A stretch of DNA of 47,188 nucleotides, taken from the NCBI RefSeq assembly GCF_001194135.2, contig NC_068988.1:1970795-2017982 (forward strand), given 5' to 3'. The position numbers were made by a program, and so were the translations under genes. The DNA is from Octopus bimaculoides (Eukaryota). The notes under the pieces were generated by a model. The model made no database searches, was not told the DNA's origin, and saw nothing but the letters and a program-made list of their open reading frames with translations. This document shows positions 11,856 through 23,109 of this stretch, one piece after another. How positions within the stretch are numbered: the first letter of the stretch is position 1; each line of letters begins with the position of its first letter.

Positions 11856-12454
11856 CGGTGTAAATTCATATTTATCAAACCGTTTCAAAATCGTAGTCCG
11901 ATCGGTTTCGGAAGTTTTATTGCAAAATAAAGTGGTTTGATTTTTCACAGAAACTTTTAAAAAATGTGTTTATAGGCAAAAAGAAAAAAAAAAAAAATAA
12001 CGAGTTGGTTGAGTGATATTTATTGCAACGGAAACACAGTAATGGAATAAAGTAATTAAATTAATTCGCTAATAAAACAATTAGATTAATTACGTAATAT
12101 AAATCTACTTACTCGTAAAATCTATTCAGGAGAAAAAGGAAAACGAAATTTCCATAAAGTTGAAAATTGTACATGCGTAAATCCGTTAAGGCGAATATCA
12201 TAGATTGAACAAACTAATTAATGAACACAGAAATTGAATAGAGGACCCCGAGAAAAAGAAATATCAGACGTTTTCTGTTTTTATTGTTTATGTCTGCAAG
12301 TATCACTTTTAAACGTATAAATAATATCAATATTTTTGGTGTACCGAGATCCATGGTGTCTAATGTGATACAATATGGAACAGGATCTGAGGAATAACCC
12401 GGAAAGCTCAAAGAACAGCCAGTGGGATATAAGCAAATGTGGGTTATTATTGTA

Positions 12455-12742
12455 GTCTTTCGCGTTTACTTGTTACAGTCATTGGACTGCGGCCATGCTG
12501 GGGCACCGCCTTGAAAGGTTTAGTCGAAAAACTCAATCCCAGTATTTCTTTTTTAAAGTCTGCTACTTAAAGTATCTGTCCCTTATCTCTACGTTACAAG
12601 GACGTCAACAAATAAACACCGGTTGTGAAATGATGGATTGGGGACAAACACAAAATATAACACAATGCACACACACGCGCGTACACACACACGCACACAC
12701 ACAACGGGATTCCACACAGTTTCCATCTAACAAATATACTCA
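12455..12742 (-). mobile_element. SINE family B, 3' two-thirds
   Basis: tttacttgttacagtcattggactgcggccatgctggggcaccgcc tail, internal CA tract at ~12665-12702; abuts the R4-like fragment. Confidence 0.8.
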
Positions 12743-12744
12743 CA

Positions 12745-13513
12745 CTGAAGATATTCCTCAGATCACAAGCATTACGGTATTATATACCGATGATACACGA
12801 CGTTGTAGCTAGGACACTCTATAATGAAATCCGCCGGAAGGAAAATCCCAAGGACAAGCCCACAAAATGCTAGAAGCCATAACCACTCATAATAAAAAGG
12901 AATACTGGTGGAATGTCCCAGTGAAGACCTCAATAAAATGTAAGCACAACAGACCTGATATTATGTTTTGGGATGGAGAAGAGAAACTATGCACAGTTGT
13001 GGAAATCAGCTGCCCAGCGGATGTTAACATGAAGCTGAAGATCAGTGAAAAAGAGAACACCTATGATGAACTATTGAGAAATCTGCAGTTACTCTATCCA
13101 GATTACAAGTCGAGGTTTATACCTGTAATTATTGGAGTCCTGGGGTATGTAACACACTGCCTAAATATCAATCTTGTAAACTTATGCTTTTCAAAACCAG
13201 AAAGGAGAAAGCTAATTCGAAGACTACAGATCCAATCCATCACTGGAACTGTAAAAATCTGTAAAACTTTTCAGAAGTTTATCATTTAAATATATATGAG
13301 GATGTCTAGACATGCAACTATATACATGAGAATGCATACATAAAACATACATACACACATACATACATACATACGTACATACATACATATATACATACAC
13401 ACATACAAAAACACCTTGTTGATGTTGAAATTCCAATGAAGGAGCATTGGATCTAGGATAGAAACCGATTCTTTCTCTATTGGCAAGAAATCTTGAAATA
13501 AACTGAATAATGA
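12745..13513 (+). mobile_element. 5'-truncated non-LTR retrotransposon with restriction-like endonuclease (R4/Dong- or NeSL-type)
   Basis: Post-zinc-knuckle motif RYYIPMIHDVVARTLYNEIR at ~12775-12833, the RLE ORF, then a 3' UTR with an internal (ATAC)n, ending in (ATAC)n. Confidence 0.8.
12867..13289 (+). pseudogene. C-terminal restriction-like endonuclease (PD..D/ExK) domain of a non-LTR retrotransposon
   Basis: 140-aa ORF with WWNVPVKT, KHNRPDIMFWD, VVEISCP, KENTYDEL, FIPVIIGVLG and QSITGTVKICK, typical of RLE C-termini; frameshifted relative to the upstream HDVVA motif. Confidence 0.85.
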
Positions 13514-14458
13514 TATACATACATACATACATACATACGCGCATACATGTTTTCATTCTTCAAAGTAATTCAAATGTACAATTGCTTCTACAGTCTATCG
13601 AATAGTAATTATGCAGCGGACGAGACTCAATTTGTTTTAACTATTGAAGCAGTTATGTATAAATACAGTTATGTATATTACAAGAAAAGCATCAACATCA
13701 CAACATCATCACATTGATTTCTTCTTTTTCCTTAATTTAATGAGGCTAATTATTTAATAGATATTTGAGAGAACGGAAATTCAAGTAATTATTACTTTCA
13801 CGTATGATAAATAAAATATCAATTGATTTTTTTTATTCTACTGAAAATAATTCGATGTCATTTTTAAGAAAAGTGTTCTTGTCACTTTAAGACTGTGTTT
13901 TGAAAATGTTCTTTGTTTTCTTGACTTTGTTTAACATAGGTTATCATCTCTTTGCTAAAGTAGAGGAAGTTGAGTTAATCTTTGTCTGATCTCTGGCTCG
14001 GTGAATCACCCATTCTCTAACACACATTCTTTTATCTATTTAAGAACGTATATGAATAAAAACATCCCTGTAATACATACATACATGCATCAAAACAGGG
14101 GATTAGAATTTTTTTTGGTATTTATTCACCATTACCCGTGTTTCATTTCCTAACAAGTGTTACAAAATTTTACATGTAGTAGTAAGCATGTAAAATATTG
14201 TTAAATTTAGGGACGGTCATTTTTTTTTTTTTTTGCCAAATAAGCACACACTCTTTGCATTCGTTCTTCACTTCAGCATTATTATTGTTCTTATTCTTGT
14301 AAGAATAATAATAAAGCTGAAGTGAAGGACGAATATATGTATAGTGCATGTATTTATTTGGCAAAAAACAAAACAAAACAATCCCGAAATATAACAATAT
14401 CTACATCATTTACATTATTTACATTTGATGGATATTTGTCCTCATCTTGTTTGTTGTT

Positions 14459-14510
14459 AACACAACGTTTCGGCTGATATATCCCCACCCACCAGCCTTC
14501 ATCAGGTGTC
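14459..14510 (-). ncRNA. Minimal type-I hammerhead ribozyme (family 1), core intact
   Basis: Minus strand: gacac CTGATGA a ggctg-loop-cagcc GAAAC GTT gtgtt. Stem I gacac/gtgtt, stem II ggctg/cagcc, palindromic AACGTT stem III; predicted cut between 14464 and 14463. Confidence 0.8.
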
Positions 14511-14617
14511 TTGGGAAAATTTCAAACCTAGGTTCTCATTCCTAAGGTATTTTTCGATGCCATTATTATTATTAATATTATTATTATTATTATCATTATT
14601 ATTATTATTATTATTAT

Positions 14618-14693
14618 TCAGGTCACTGCTTGGAATCGAACTCGGAATCTTGGGGTCAGTAGCCCGCGCTCTTAACCACTACGTCATATGCCC
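14618..14693 (-). promoter_or_regulatory. tRNA-like SINE head with internal Pol III promoter
   Basis: Minus strand gggcatatgacgtagtggttaagagcgcgggctactgaccccaagattccgagttcgattccaagcagtgacc; A box at 14676-14686, B box at 14632-14643. Confidence 0.85.
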
Positions 14694-14699
14694 GTGGGC

Positions 14700-14793
<94 letters not shown>

Positions 14794-14884
14794 TAATAAT
14801 AATAATGATGATGATGATGATAATAATAATGATAACATCGAAAAATACCTTAGGAATGAGAAACCAGGTTCGAAACTTCCCCAA

Positions 14885-14930
14885 GACTTCTGATGAAGGC
14901 TGGAGGGTATATCAGCTGAAATGTTGTGTT
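14885..14930 (+). ncRNA. Decayed hammerhead (family 1) in the right arm
   Basis: gactt CTGATGA aggctg...cagct GAAA tgtt gtgtt; stem I and the stem III C are mutated relative to the other copies. Confidence 0.6.
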
Positions 14931-15438
14931 AACAACAAACAAGATGAGGACAAATATCCGTCAAATGTAAACAATGTAAATAACGCACATAATTCCTCAT
15001 CTCTTAAATATAGAACTATAACAATATCTGTATCGACGCACAAACTCACATCAGGGAAGTTGCAAAACAAATATATGATCTAAAATGTAAGACATCCCTT
15101 TTGGAAACTTTTTAGATAGAGACTTAAATCATAGAGAAAGAGGAAGTGGTGTTTGATTTTCTGTCTAAAGAATTTCTAAGAAGCGTTATCTTACAGGTTT
15201 TCTACTACAGGTACAATTTTCTAACACTTCTTAGCAAATGAAACACGTGTAATCGTGAATAGATAATACCCCCCCCCCACGTTTTTTTTCCAATCTCCTG
15301 TTTTGTTACATAATTACTATGCAAAACATATTTTCCAGTATTCTGAACTTTTATGCATACCTCACACAAATAGAACATCTACATAGAGATTTGGAACACT
15401 GAAACAAGCAAAGAGGTCACTGCTTGGAATTTAACCTT

Positions 15439-15471
<33 letters not shown>

Positions 15472-15598
15472 ATAGAATAGTTACTAATCTATACATGTTG
15501 TAGTGTAGAAGAAATAAATGAAGTTCAAAATGCTCAGAGAGTGTTTACGAAGATCTTTTTTATATTGATGGTAATTCACTTAACCGGTTTCATATATG

Positions 15599-15745
15599 AA
15601 GGCCAGTTGGCAGAGACATTAAACTGTCAGCTAGATTGTTTTGCAGTAATCATCATGAGTTCAAATCCCACCGAAGTCAACTTTGCCTTTAATCCTTTCG
15701 GGTCAATATGGTACCAGTCTCGTACTGGGTCGATTCTTATCTTTC
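15599..15745 (+). mobile_element. SINE family A, old diverged copy
   Basis: ggccagttggcagagacatt...gagttcaaatcccaccgaagtcaactttgcctttaatcctttcggg...gtaccag...gtactgggtcgat. Confidence 0.75.
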
Positions 15746-16619
15746 TCTCACCCGCAAGAAATCCGGTGTGGTCAAGTCTAAATGCGGATGGACTTCGCCA
15801 GTTCTAAAGATGTCCAAGACGCTCCGTATATGATAACGACTCCATGGAATTAAGGAATCATGGAATTATATAACAAGTTCAGTTCCTAATCACAAGGTCT
15901 CAGGTTCAATTCAAGATCTTCACCTCCGACCTAAATCTTAAAATTAAAAATCTTTAGATTGAATTTTATTCACAAAATCATATTTCAAAAATCACCAAGT
16001 TAAAAATTTAATGTTTTAATTTTTGGCACCACGCTATTTGATTCCTTTTGTAGTGAAATTCATATTTAGAATGAACCATTGCATATTTGAAATTTTTCAC
16101 TGTTTGGCCTATCCACCCCGATCTGTACTTGTCTGTCTGTCTTATATACACACACATGTGATAATGTACGTGCATGCATGTGCAAAATGGTGTTTCCGTT
16201 TCTCATTCTTTCTAAACCCCCTCCTGGAGGTGCATCGTTGTAATCTAGATGAGATTTAAACGTTTGCAGAAACACAGAACTCTGTAGATGGTGAAATAGA
16301 ATAATGTGTATAAATGTTTTCTCATATGCGAAACGAACAACAGTTTCAATAGCAATTAATCGATTAGCGTCAAGATCTTCCTTCCATTTCTTTAGAGTTT
16401 GTTTAGTATAACGAGATCATTAATGAAGACCATACCATCAAGTTTTCAAATTAGTTATTGTTAACTCAGGTAAGAGATGAAATTTGCATCTTAAATATGC
16501 AAATCTGGAAGGACGCATTGAATAGATAACGTAATCCTCGATATAGAATCTGATTATATGGTCACATGTGTAACGGTTTTGATAACAGGTTCAATTTTGA
16601 CAGAGATATCCTGTTTCGT

Positions 16620-16800
16620 CTGATTTCCACCACCATTTACTTTTGCAGTAGTGTCGTCGTGTTGATAATAAAATAATTGCTATAACACATCCAGAAATAT
16701 CACTCATGGTACCATCATAAACTGTATGTCTGTTGGATTGTCGTATCTTATTTCCAATAATATCAACAATTTCTTTCATAGTTCGATAATAACTAATATA
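16620..16800 (-). pseudogene. Possible hAT (Tip100/ZMYM-like) transposase fragment
   Basis: YYRTMKEIVDIIGNKIRQS...DGTMSDISG..IAIILL resembles YTS..IQNEII.IIG..IR and DxTxDIS..QLSI.LRY. Confidence 0.45.
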
Positions 16801-17179
16801 ATTTTGACAGACGAGATCCCATGAGAAATAAAAATTTGGTTATTGAAATCTTTAATATTTTATCGGGTTGAAATATTCCAATTATAGATCTCCCAATGAT
16901 ATATGGTTGTGTTAAATTTTCATACAATTTTCGGTATATTTTAGAAATATTTTTGTTCTAAAAATGACATATCTACTAAAAAAAAAAGCCCCCAAACATT
17001 TCGTATCTTTACAGTTTAATTCAGTTTTAGGATACTCCCCCAAATGGTATGTTGATAGATGCAGAGGTAATTAAATATTCTTCTCACCTTATGTCTTATG
17101 GAATATCTGTAGATCTATTCGTTTAACTTTTACAGCTCACAGTAAGACACAACGTTATCAGGTAATAAGCAAGTGTTTA

Positions 17180-17280
17180 ATTTGTTGTTGTTTAACCCCA
17201 AGTTAATCCTTATCGAGCTAATCTGTTATCAAAGGCTCTCTTTTCTATACATCAGCCCCTTCTTAATTTCTAGCACATCA
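17180..17280 (-). mobile_element. Family E 3' end
   Basis: ttgttgttgtttaaccccaagttaatcc...atcaaaggc is the reverse complement of the family E terminus. Confidence 0.5.
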
Positions 17281-17744
17281 CACCTCTCAATTTAACCCTT
17301 CCCCGCCGACCTATAGTCATTAGTAGGGTTCACTCTGTTGCAAGCGTTCAGACCAGGCAGGAGATTCCCAGAACTGCCGTTTCCTTGTCACTCTTTACAC
17401 TTTCTCAAAAGCCCCCAAACCGGAGCTAATACCCATTGTTTCCGTTTCGACCTTGATTCCACTCATATTTTATAAGCATGCTATTCCCCACACGCTATTC
17501 CTTTTCATGATACACATTTCTCATCCTCTGTCTATAATCCATCTCTACAGTTCAGGTTATCTCTCTCTCCCCCTCTCTCCCCTCCCCTATCTCCCCTCCC
17601 CTNNNNNNNNNNNNNNNNNNNNNNNNNNNNNNNNNNNNNNNNNNNNNNNNNNNNNNNNNNNNNNNNNNNNNNNNNNNNNNNNNNNNNNNNNNNNNNNNNN
17701 NNNNNNNNNNNNNNNNNNNNNNNNNNNNNNNNCACCCCTCTCTC

Positions 17745-18400
17745 TTAGGTGCCACGCCCAAATTGTTGGATATAGGCGATCGTGTCCTGTCACAATTCCT
17801 TGTTTTCTGCGACACTTCCACTTTCTGATGTTTAATGTCCCCTTCTTCCAATTCCTCAAAGCTTCACATCCATATCATCCTTCTCAACCTTCTGCTTCTT
17901 TTCCCTTCAATTTTCTCGGTCGTCGCTAAATCCTTCAGACCCTCTTTTCTCACCACATGACCAAAAATCTCACTCGTTTGGCCCCTATCTCACAAACCAG
18001 TTTCCTATTTACCGCAGACCCGGTCATCACTTTCTCATTAGTCACTTGGTCTGCACATGCTATCCTCAGTATTCTTCCTAAGAACCACATTTCCCAGCTC
18101 CCCGAGCACCTTCTTATTTCCGATGTAAGACCATGCATCACTTCCATACATTAACACAAGGTAGACATAGCATTTCAATATACGGATCTTAGTCTTGATG
18201 CTCAGAGTACGGATCGGTTCTCAAGATGTTATACAATTTTGAGAATGCAGATTTTGCCAGCACCATTCGTCTTTTGGTCTTTTTCGCACATCTTGCGTCT
18301 TCTGTGATCGACGTTCCAAGGTAGTTGAAGAATGATACCTGCTTAATGATTTGATTGTTCACTTTCAGCAGGCACCGTTTAAGATACACTCTTTATTTAA
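17745..18400 (-). pseudogene. RTE-clade LINE, C-terminal part of RT and 3' end
   Basis: IKQVSFFNYLGTSITEDARC..RRMVLAKSAFSK, TKIRILKCYV..LMYGSDAW, EMWFLGRILRI..DQVTNEKV, RFL, VRKEGL..KIEGKRSR, ELWQDTIA; stops and frameshifts. Confidence 0.9.
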
Positions 18401-18721
18401 CTCTGGGATTATTTTTGTCTGCGCATACGTAAATTCCAGTCTTCCCACTTCTCATCTCTCACCTGGATATCTGTAATAATAACTTCCAATTCCTCTGGCT
18501 CAAAGTCGTTATCCTTTACCGTCGTTAAACAAAAGACGAAAAAACCGGTTAGATTTTGTGGTTCCTGACATACAGAATGAGGGAACGGTCATCACCGGAC
18601 TACTTTTGATCGTGAGTCTACTCGACCAGGTCCAGCATGGAGTTAAACAACAATATCAAAACCTCTTTGGTAAAGGAGTCAACGAGAACGTTTTTTACAG
18701 GCCTTGTGAGTATATTAAACT

Positions 18722-18795
18722 TGGTCGTCATTCGACCTGAAAGAAGTAACAGTCAAATCACCCTCAAATCACATCCTACCCTCTTAAAATATGAA
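18722..18795 (+). mobile_element. Family E fragment
   Basis: ggtcgtcattcgacctgaaagaagtaacagtcaaatcaccctcaaatcacatcctaccctcttaaaa. Confidence 0.55.
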
Positions 18796-19044
18796 GTACA
18801 TGTATAATAGTTTATAAAACAGGAGTGTTCCCTCGGGGTGACTTGAAATTAAATAGCAACAACAACATCCACTTGAATATTTTTCTTAACAAAGACTTGC
18901 CCCACGGAGAAAACTTGACATTTGAGATATAACGATACAATTACAATGTAAGTTAATATCAAAGTGAAATGAAAAACGGTACATTTGAACAGAAATACCT
19001 TGCATTGTTCAAATCTGTTTGAGTTATCTTCCCTTATATCGGGG

Positions 19045-19200
19045 CCCACTTTGCATTTTTACATCTTTCGCTGTCGATAAAATAAAGGCCAGACAAAATA
19101 CTGGGAACGATATTGTCGACGACAGGAAAAACAGTTGATGACTATATCTCAGCATGGCAATAGTCAAAGGACTGCAACCAGTGAAAAGGACTAAACGAAA
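19045..19200 (+). mobile_element. Old SINE with family A body and family B tail
   Basis: cactttgcatttttacatctttcgctgtcgataaaataa...tactggg..gat..gtcgac (A body), then ctcagcatggcaatagtcaaaggactgcaaccagtgaaa (B tail). Confidence 0.55.
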
Positions 19201-19617
19201 GTTAAACGAACTGAACTAAAATAGAAATCGTTGATATTTCACTTTTACTAAACATGATTAACTCTATTCGGACAATCATATTTCCTGAACTTAAATACAC
19301 TTCAGATAATCGACTAAATTAAAGGAAGAGAAGCGAGTGCTTGGGTTTAAAGCATATGCAAGACATCTTAAAATAGGAGAATCTATTTGTATAAGTGGAC
19401 TTGTGTGACGACAAATGTTCGTTGAACAACGGAGACAACGATTGTCGATTAAGCGAAGACAATAAGAGAAAGTCGAAATTCAGATTTTTGTACAGCACAG
19501 CTTATCATCAGTTTTAAAGTATTGGAGATATTGATATTGGCTGAAAGAAGAGATGCTCTCTTTCCGAAGGAGCATGTGAAACTAAAATACATGCATATAT
19601 ATATATATATATATATA

Positions 19618-19786
19618 TACTTACCACACAGCCACTCCCGCGCCTATATATACACATGCATATATATATATATGGCTGTGTGGTAAGTAGCTTGCTTACC
19701 AACCACATGGTTCTGGGTTTAGTCCCACTGCGTGGCACCTTGGGCAAGTGTCTTCTACTATAACCTCGGGCTATAGTAGAAAACAC
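19618..19786 (+). mobile_element. Young truncated SINE family B head with fold-backs at both ends
   Basis: tggctgtgtggtaagtagcttgc...gcaccttgggcaagtgtcttctactataacctcggg; inverted repeats 19618-19634/19673-19689 and 19748-19762/19772-19786. Confidence 0.85.
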
Positions 19787-21647
19787 GTACTCTATTACAC
19801 TATTATTTTTCAATCCATCCCAGAGCTGGCTCTCGCCAATTAATATACTCACTGATCTTAGGTTCAAACTCAAACTCAGTTTCTAATCAACAATGTTATT
19901 ACGATATCAGATGTCCACGAAGAATGTGCGTTACAGATGGACAAAGGTAATGGCAGCGTTGAAGGTAAAACTAAAATTAAATGTCTTGTTTAGTTCAACG
20001 ATTCAATCACATCAAGGTTTCCCTGGGGAAGAACTCTTCGTTTATCAGACATTGAGATTTATGGAAAAAAAAAAAAAGAACGGAAGAAATAAAGAATTCA
20101 ATAAAACTCGCATAGAGGAAGAAAGAAAAAAAAACAGCAAGAATAAGAGTGAAATTAAAAAGATAATTATTTTAGTCTATGCAAATTGTATAAAGAACAA
20201 ACCTGGACAAACAAACGCCCGCCATATTTGAGTTATTTACCTAGAAGAGATAATAACGACGTTTTGTATGTTGGAAAGTGAATTTTTGTTGTAGTTCAGT
20301 GAAGCAATTAACGATTGCCACAATCTCGACCTAATGAAATACTAATTTAGATAACAATGGCAAGAAAGAAGAGACACAAAAGCTTAGCAATTCACCAGGA
20401 AANNNNNNNNNNNNNNNNNNNNNNNNNNNNNNNNNNNNNNNNNNNNNNNNNNNNNNNNNNNNNNNNNNNNNNNNNNNNNNNNNNNNNNNNNNNNNNNNNN
20501 NNNNNNNNNNNNNNNNNNNNNNNNNNNNNNNNNNNNNNNNNNNNNNNNNNNNNNNNNNNNNNNNNNNNNNNNNNNNNNNNNNNNNNNNNNNNNNNNNNNN
20601 NNNNNNNNNNNNNNNNNNNNNNNNNNNNNNNNNNNNNNNNNNNNNNNNNNNNNNNNNNNNNNNNNNNNNNNNNNNNNNNNNNNNNNNNNNNNNNNNNNNN
20701 NNNNNNNNNNNNNNNNNNNNNNNNNNNNNTATATATATATATATATATATATATGCATACACATACATATATATATATACACATACATATATATATATGT
20801 TTGTATATATGTATGTATGTATGTATGTATGCATGTATTTATTTATTGCCTGTCAATGAAACTTTGTCTATAATAATAATCGATAGAAAGATATAACAAA
20901 TTCTATCACATCTTATCAGACAAAATATAAACTTCTGTGTCTCATTGGTGCTCCATTCCTCCCCCTTTTCCCGGCGGTTATAACAAACATTTATTTAATA
21001 TTTGCTCAGGTTAAACCAGCATCATATAACATGCGTAACTGAAGCAGTGTTCTGTAAAGACTATGGAAGGCCAGAAAATAAACGATAAAAACCAACTGCC
21101 TTCGACTTGACCTTTGCCCTTCACTACTGAAATATTCCACTATCTCCAGTTTTGCCAGACCCATGCCATATATCGTTATAATGATGTCTGAATATAATAG
21201 AAATGATATAAGTAATGTTATTGAATCCAAAGTGCTGAGAATAACGCATTTAATTGCGTTTTATCGCCCAACTCTTTCGTTTTGGTGACTTAAATTTCAA
21301 TAGAAGGAAAATCTATGAACTTTGCCAAATGGAGACATTGAATAAATTAATTGCTAGAAATACTCTTATTACTTCAAACATCACAGAGACAAATGACCTT
21401 CCTCATACTCTGACATCAGCCAATACATTCCCGCCTCTTAATATTTCACTGGAATTATTTCAACCATTTTCTCAGTTCCAAACGTAGACACGCCAGAACA
21501 TAACTGTTCCAAAAAAGATTAAAAAAAAAAGACACTTCAGATATAAAACCACAGCTTGTTATTGCTTAAGTTTACATATTTAGTTTCGAGGTAAACCATT
21601 TGCATTCTTGGAATTGTAGATCAGTGAAATAATTATAGTCAAACATG

Positions 21648-21785
21648 AATGCGTGGTAAAAAAAAGTTCGCTTTGAAACAACGTGGTTCTAGGTTCAACC
21701 TTTGGTAAATGTTTACTATCATAGTCTTAGAGTGACCAGTGTCTGGTGAGTGAAATTTGGTAAACAAACTCTGCAAAGACACGTC
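21648..21785 (+). mobile_element. SINE family B 5' half, diverged, running into (ATAC)n
   Basis: gcgtggtaaaa...aacgtggttctaggttcaac...gtgagtgaaatttggtaaac. Confidence 0.55.
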
Positions 21786-22459
21786 ACACATATTACGTAC
21801 ATACATACATACATACATACATACATTTGTACATCGGTATACGGGCTAAGCAAAACAAAGGACAAAATACTACGCGTATTGCTGTATACATTTTTGAGGG
21901 GTGCTCTTAGAATACTGTCTTTGCCCCGAGTTGCCGATACTCCCTTATCATTGTCGCTGTTAGAAAAAGCAAAAATCCAGTGATTGACTCATTGGAAACA
22001 TGAAGCCAAGGAAGCTTTTGTTCACGAATTTCAATATTATTTAAATAGATCGAACAGTAGTAGTTTTGTAGAACTTGAATAATCCAGTTGATGTAAGATG
22101 AGTGAAACTGTTCCTTGTCTTTTTTCACGAACTCTAGTATTCGTCAACGACTGGTTATCTTTGTTGTTTTAGCTTTGAGACCACTGTGACCTTGATCCTC
22201 TTCGTCAATAACGTAGCGTGGGCAGGGCCACAGGGGTGGTTGTTTCGGGCGCTAAATTTCGAAAGTGAAGAATATTAAGGGAAAATAATAAAAAAAGAAA
22301 CGGCAATATTTGCGTTACCCAGTGTACTAGTAACCCACGTTATGTCACTGCTCTTCAAGTTTTTGGGTCATAGAATTAGCTGGAATTAAGTCTTCATGTC
22401 ACTGAGACAATTGCTTATGTTATAGTGGTACTTACACGGATAACTTATACTACCTTCTG

Positions 22460-22460
<1 letters not shown>

Positions 22461-22537
<77 letters not shown>

Positions 22538-22545
22538 ACACATAC
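22461..22545. repeat. (CA)n microsatellite
   Basis: Direct. Confidence 0.97.
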
Positions 22546-22867
22546 ATACGTAAATGTCAAACCGGACTATACATAACCAAATTACAACAGGTATATAGTC
22601 AATTTTTTGTTTATAGTGCATTGTTGTACCATTCTAAACTTTTTATTCTTTAATGAAAATAGGTGTTCAAAACCGCATTGGTGGATAACGTTTCTTTATT
22701 TGTATATTAAGGCTACCATTGTTTTCATGTTAAGAAACATATTTTAATATCCTAACAATTTTCGAGCCGATCACATGGAAGAATGGTGTTCGTCTCCATT
22801 TTGGATGAATATATATAATATGAGTGGCTTATTAGCAATTTAACAACCTAAAGGCAAATTTATAGAC

Positions 22868-23109
22868 GTCACTAAAGTGACAGAAGGTACTAAGTGTTAC
22901 CGGCATTGCTAGAAATAAAAGTCAGCCGACTCACTAGTCACAAGAGCACTATTTTAATGACTGACAATGGCTGAGCACTCATTATCAAGCGAGATTAATC
23001 TCCCTTGTCAGTCATTAAGAAAGTGCTCTTGTGGCTAGTGAGTTGTTTTGGGTCTTATTTCTAGCAATGCCGGTATCACTTAGTACCTACCCTCTGTCAC
23101 ATTAGTGAC
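22868..23109. mobile_element. ~240-bp palindromic fold-back/MITE-like element
   Basis: Arms 22868-22967 and 23005-23109 are imperfect reverse complements (gtcacta..gtgacaga..ggtactaagtg.taccggcattgctagaaataa...ctcactag.cacaagagcact..ttaatgactgacaa). Confidence 0.85.

Larger units (their letters stand above)
14402..15017. mobile_element. Fold-back element: tRNA-headed SINE with a Penelope-pLTR-like hammerhead tail (minus strand) plus an inverted head-less copy
   Basis: Arms 14402-14559 and 14836-~14985 are reverse complements; the centre is (TAT)n, a tRNA-like head and (AAT)n. The same arms recur at 31544-31795. Confidence 0.85.

Noticed and set aside
13433-13471. Hammerhead-like ccaatga...gaaaccg in the RLE element 3' UTR
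   Set aside because: The core reads CCAATGA rather than CUGANGA, and stem I does not close.
14618-14693. True tRNA gene (also the heads at 1158, 8724, 34605)
   Set aside because: A and B boxes are present, but I could not build a closed cloverleaf, and each head continues into a repeat body.
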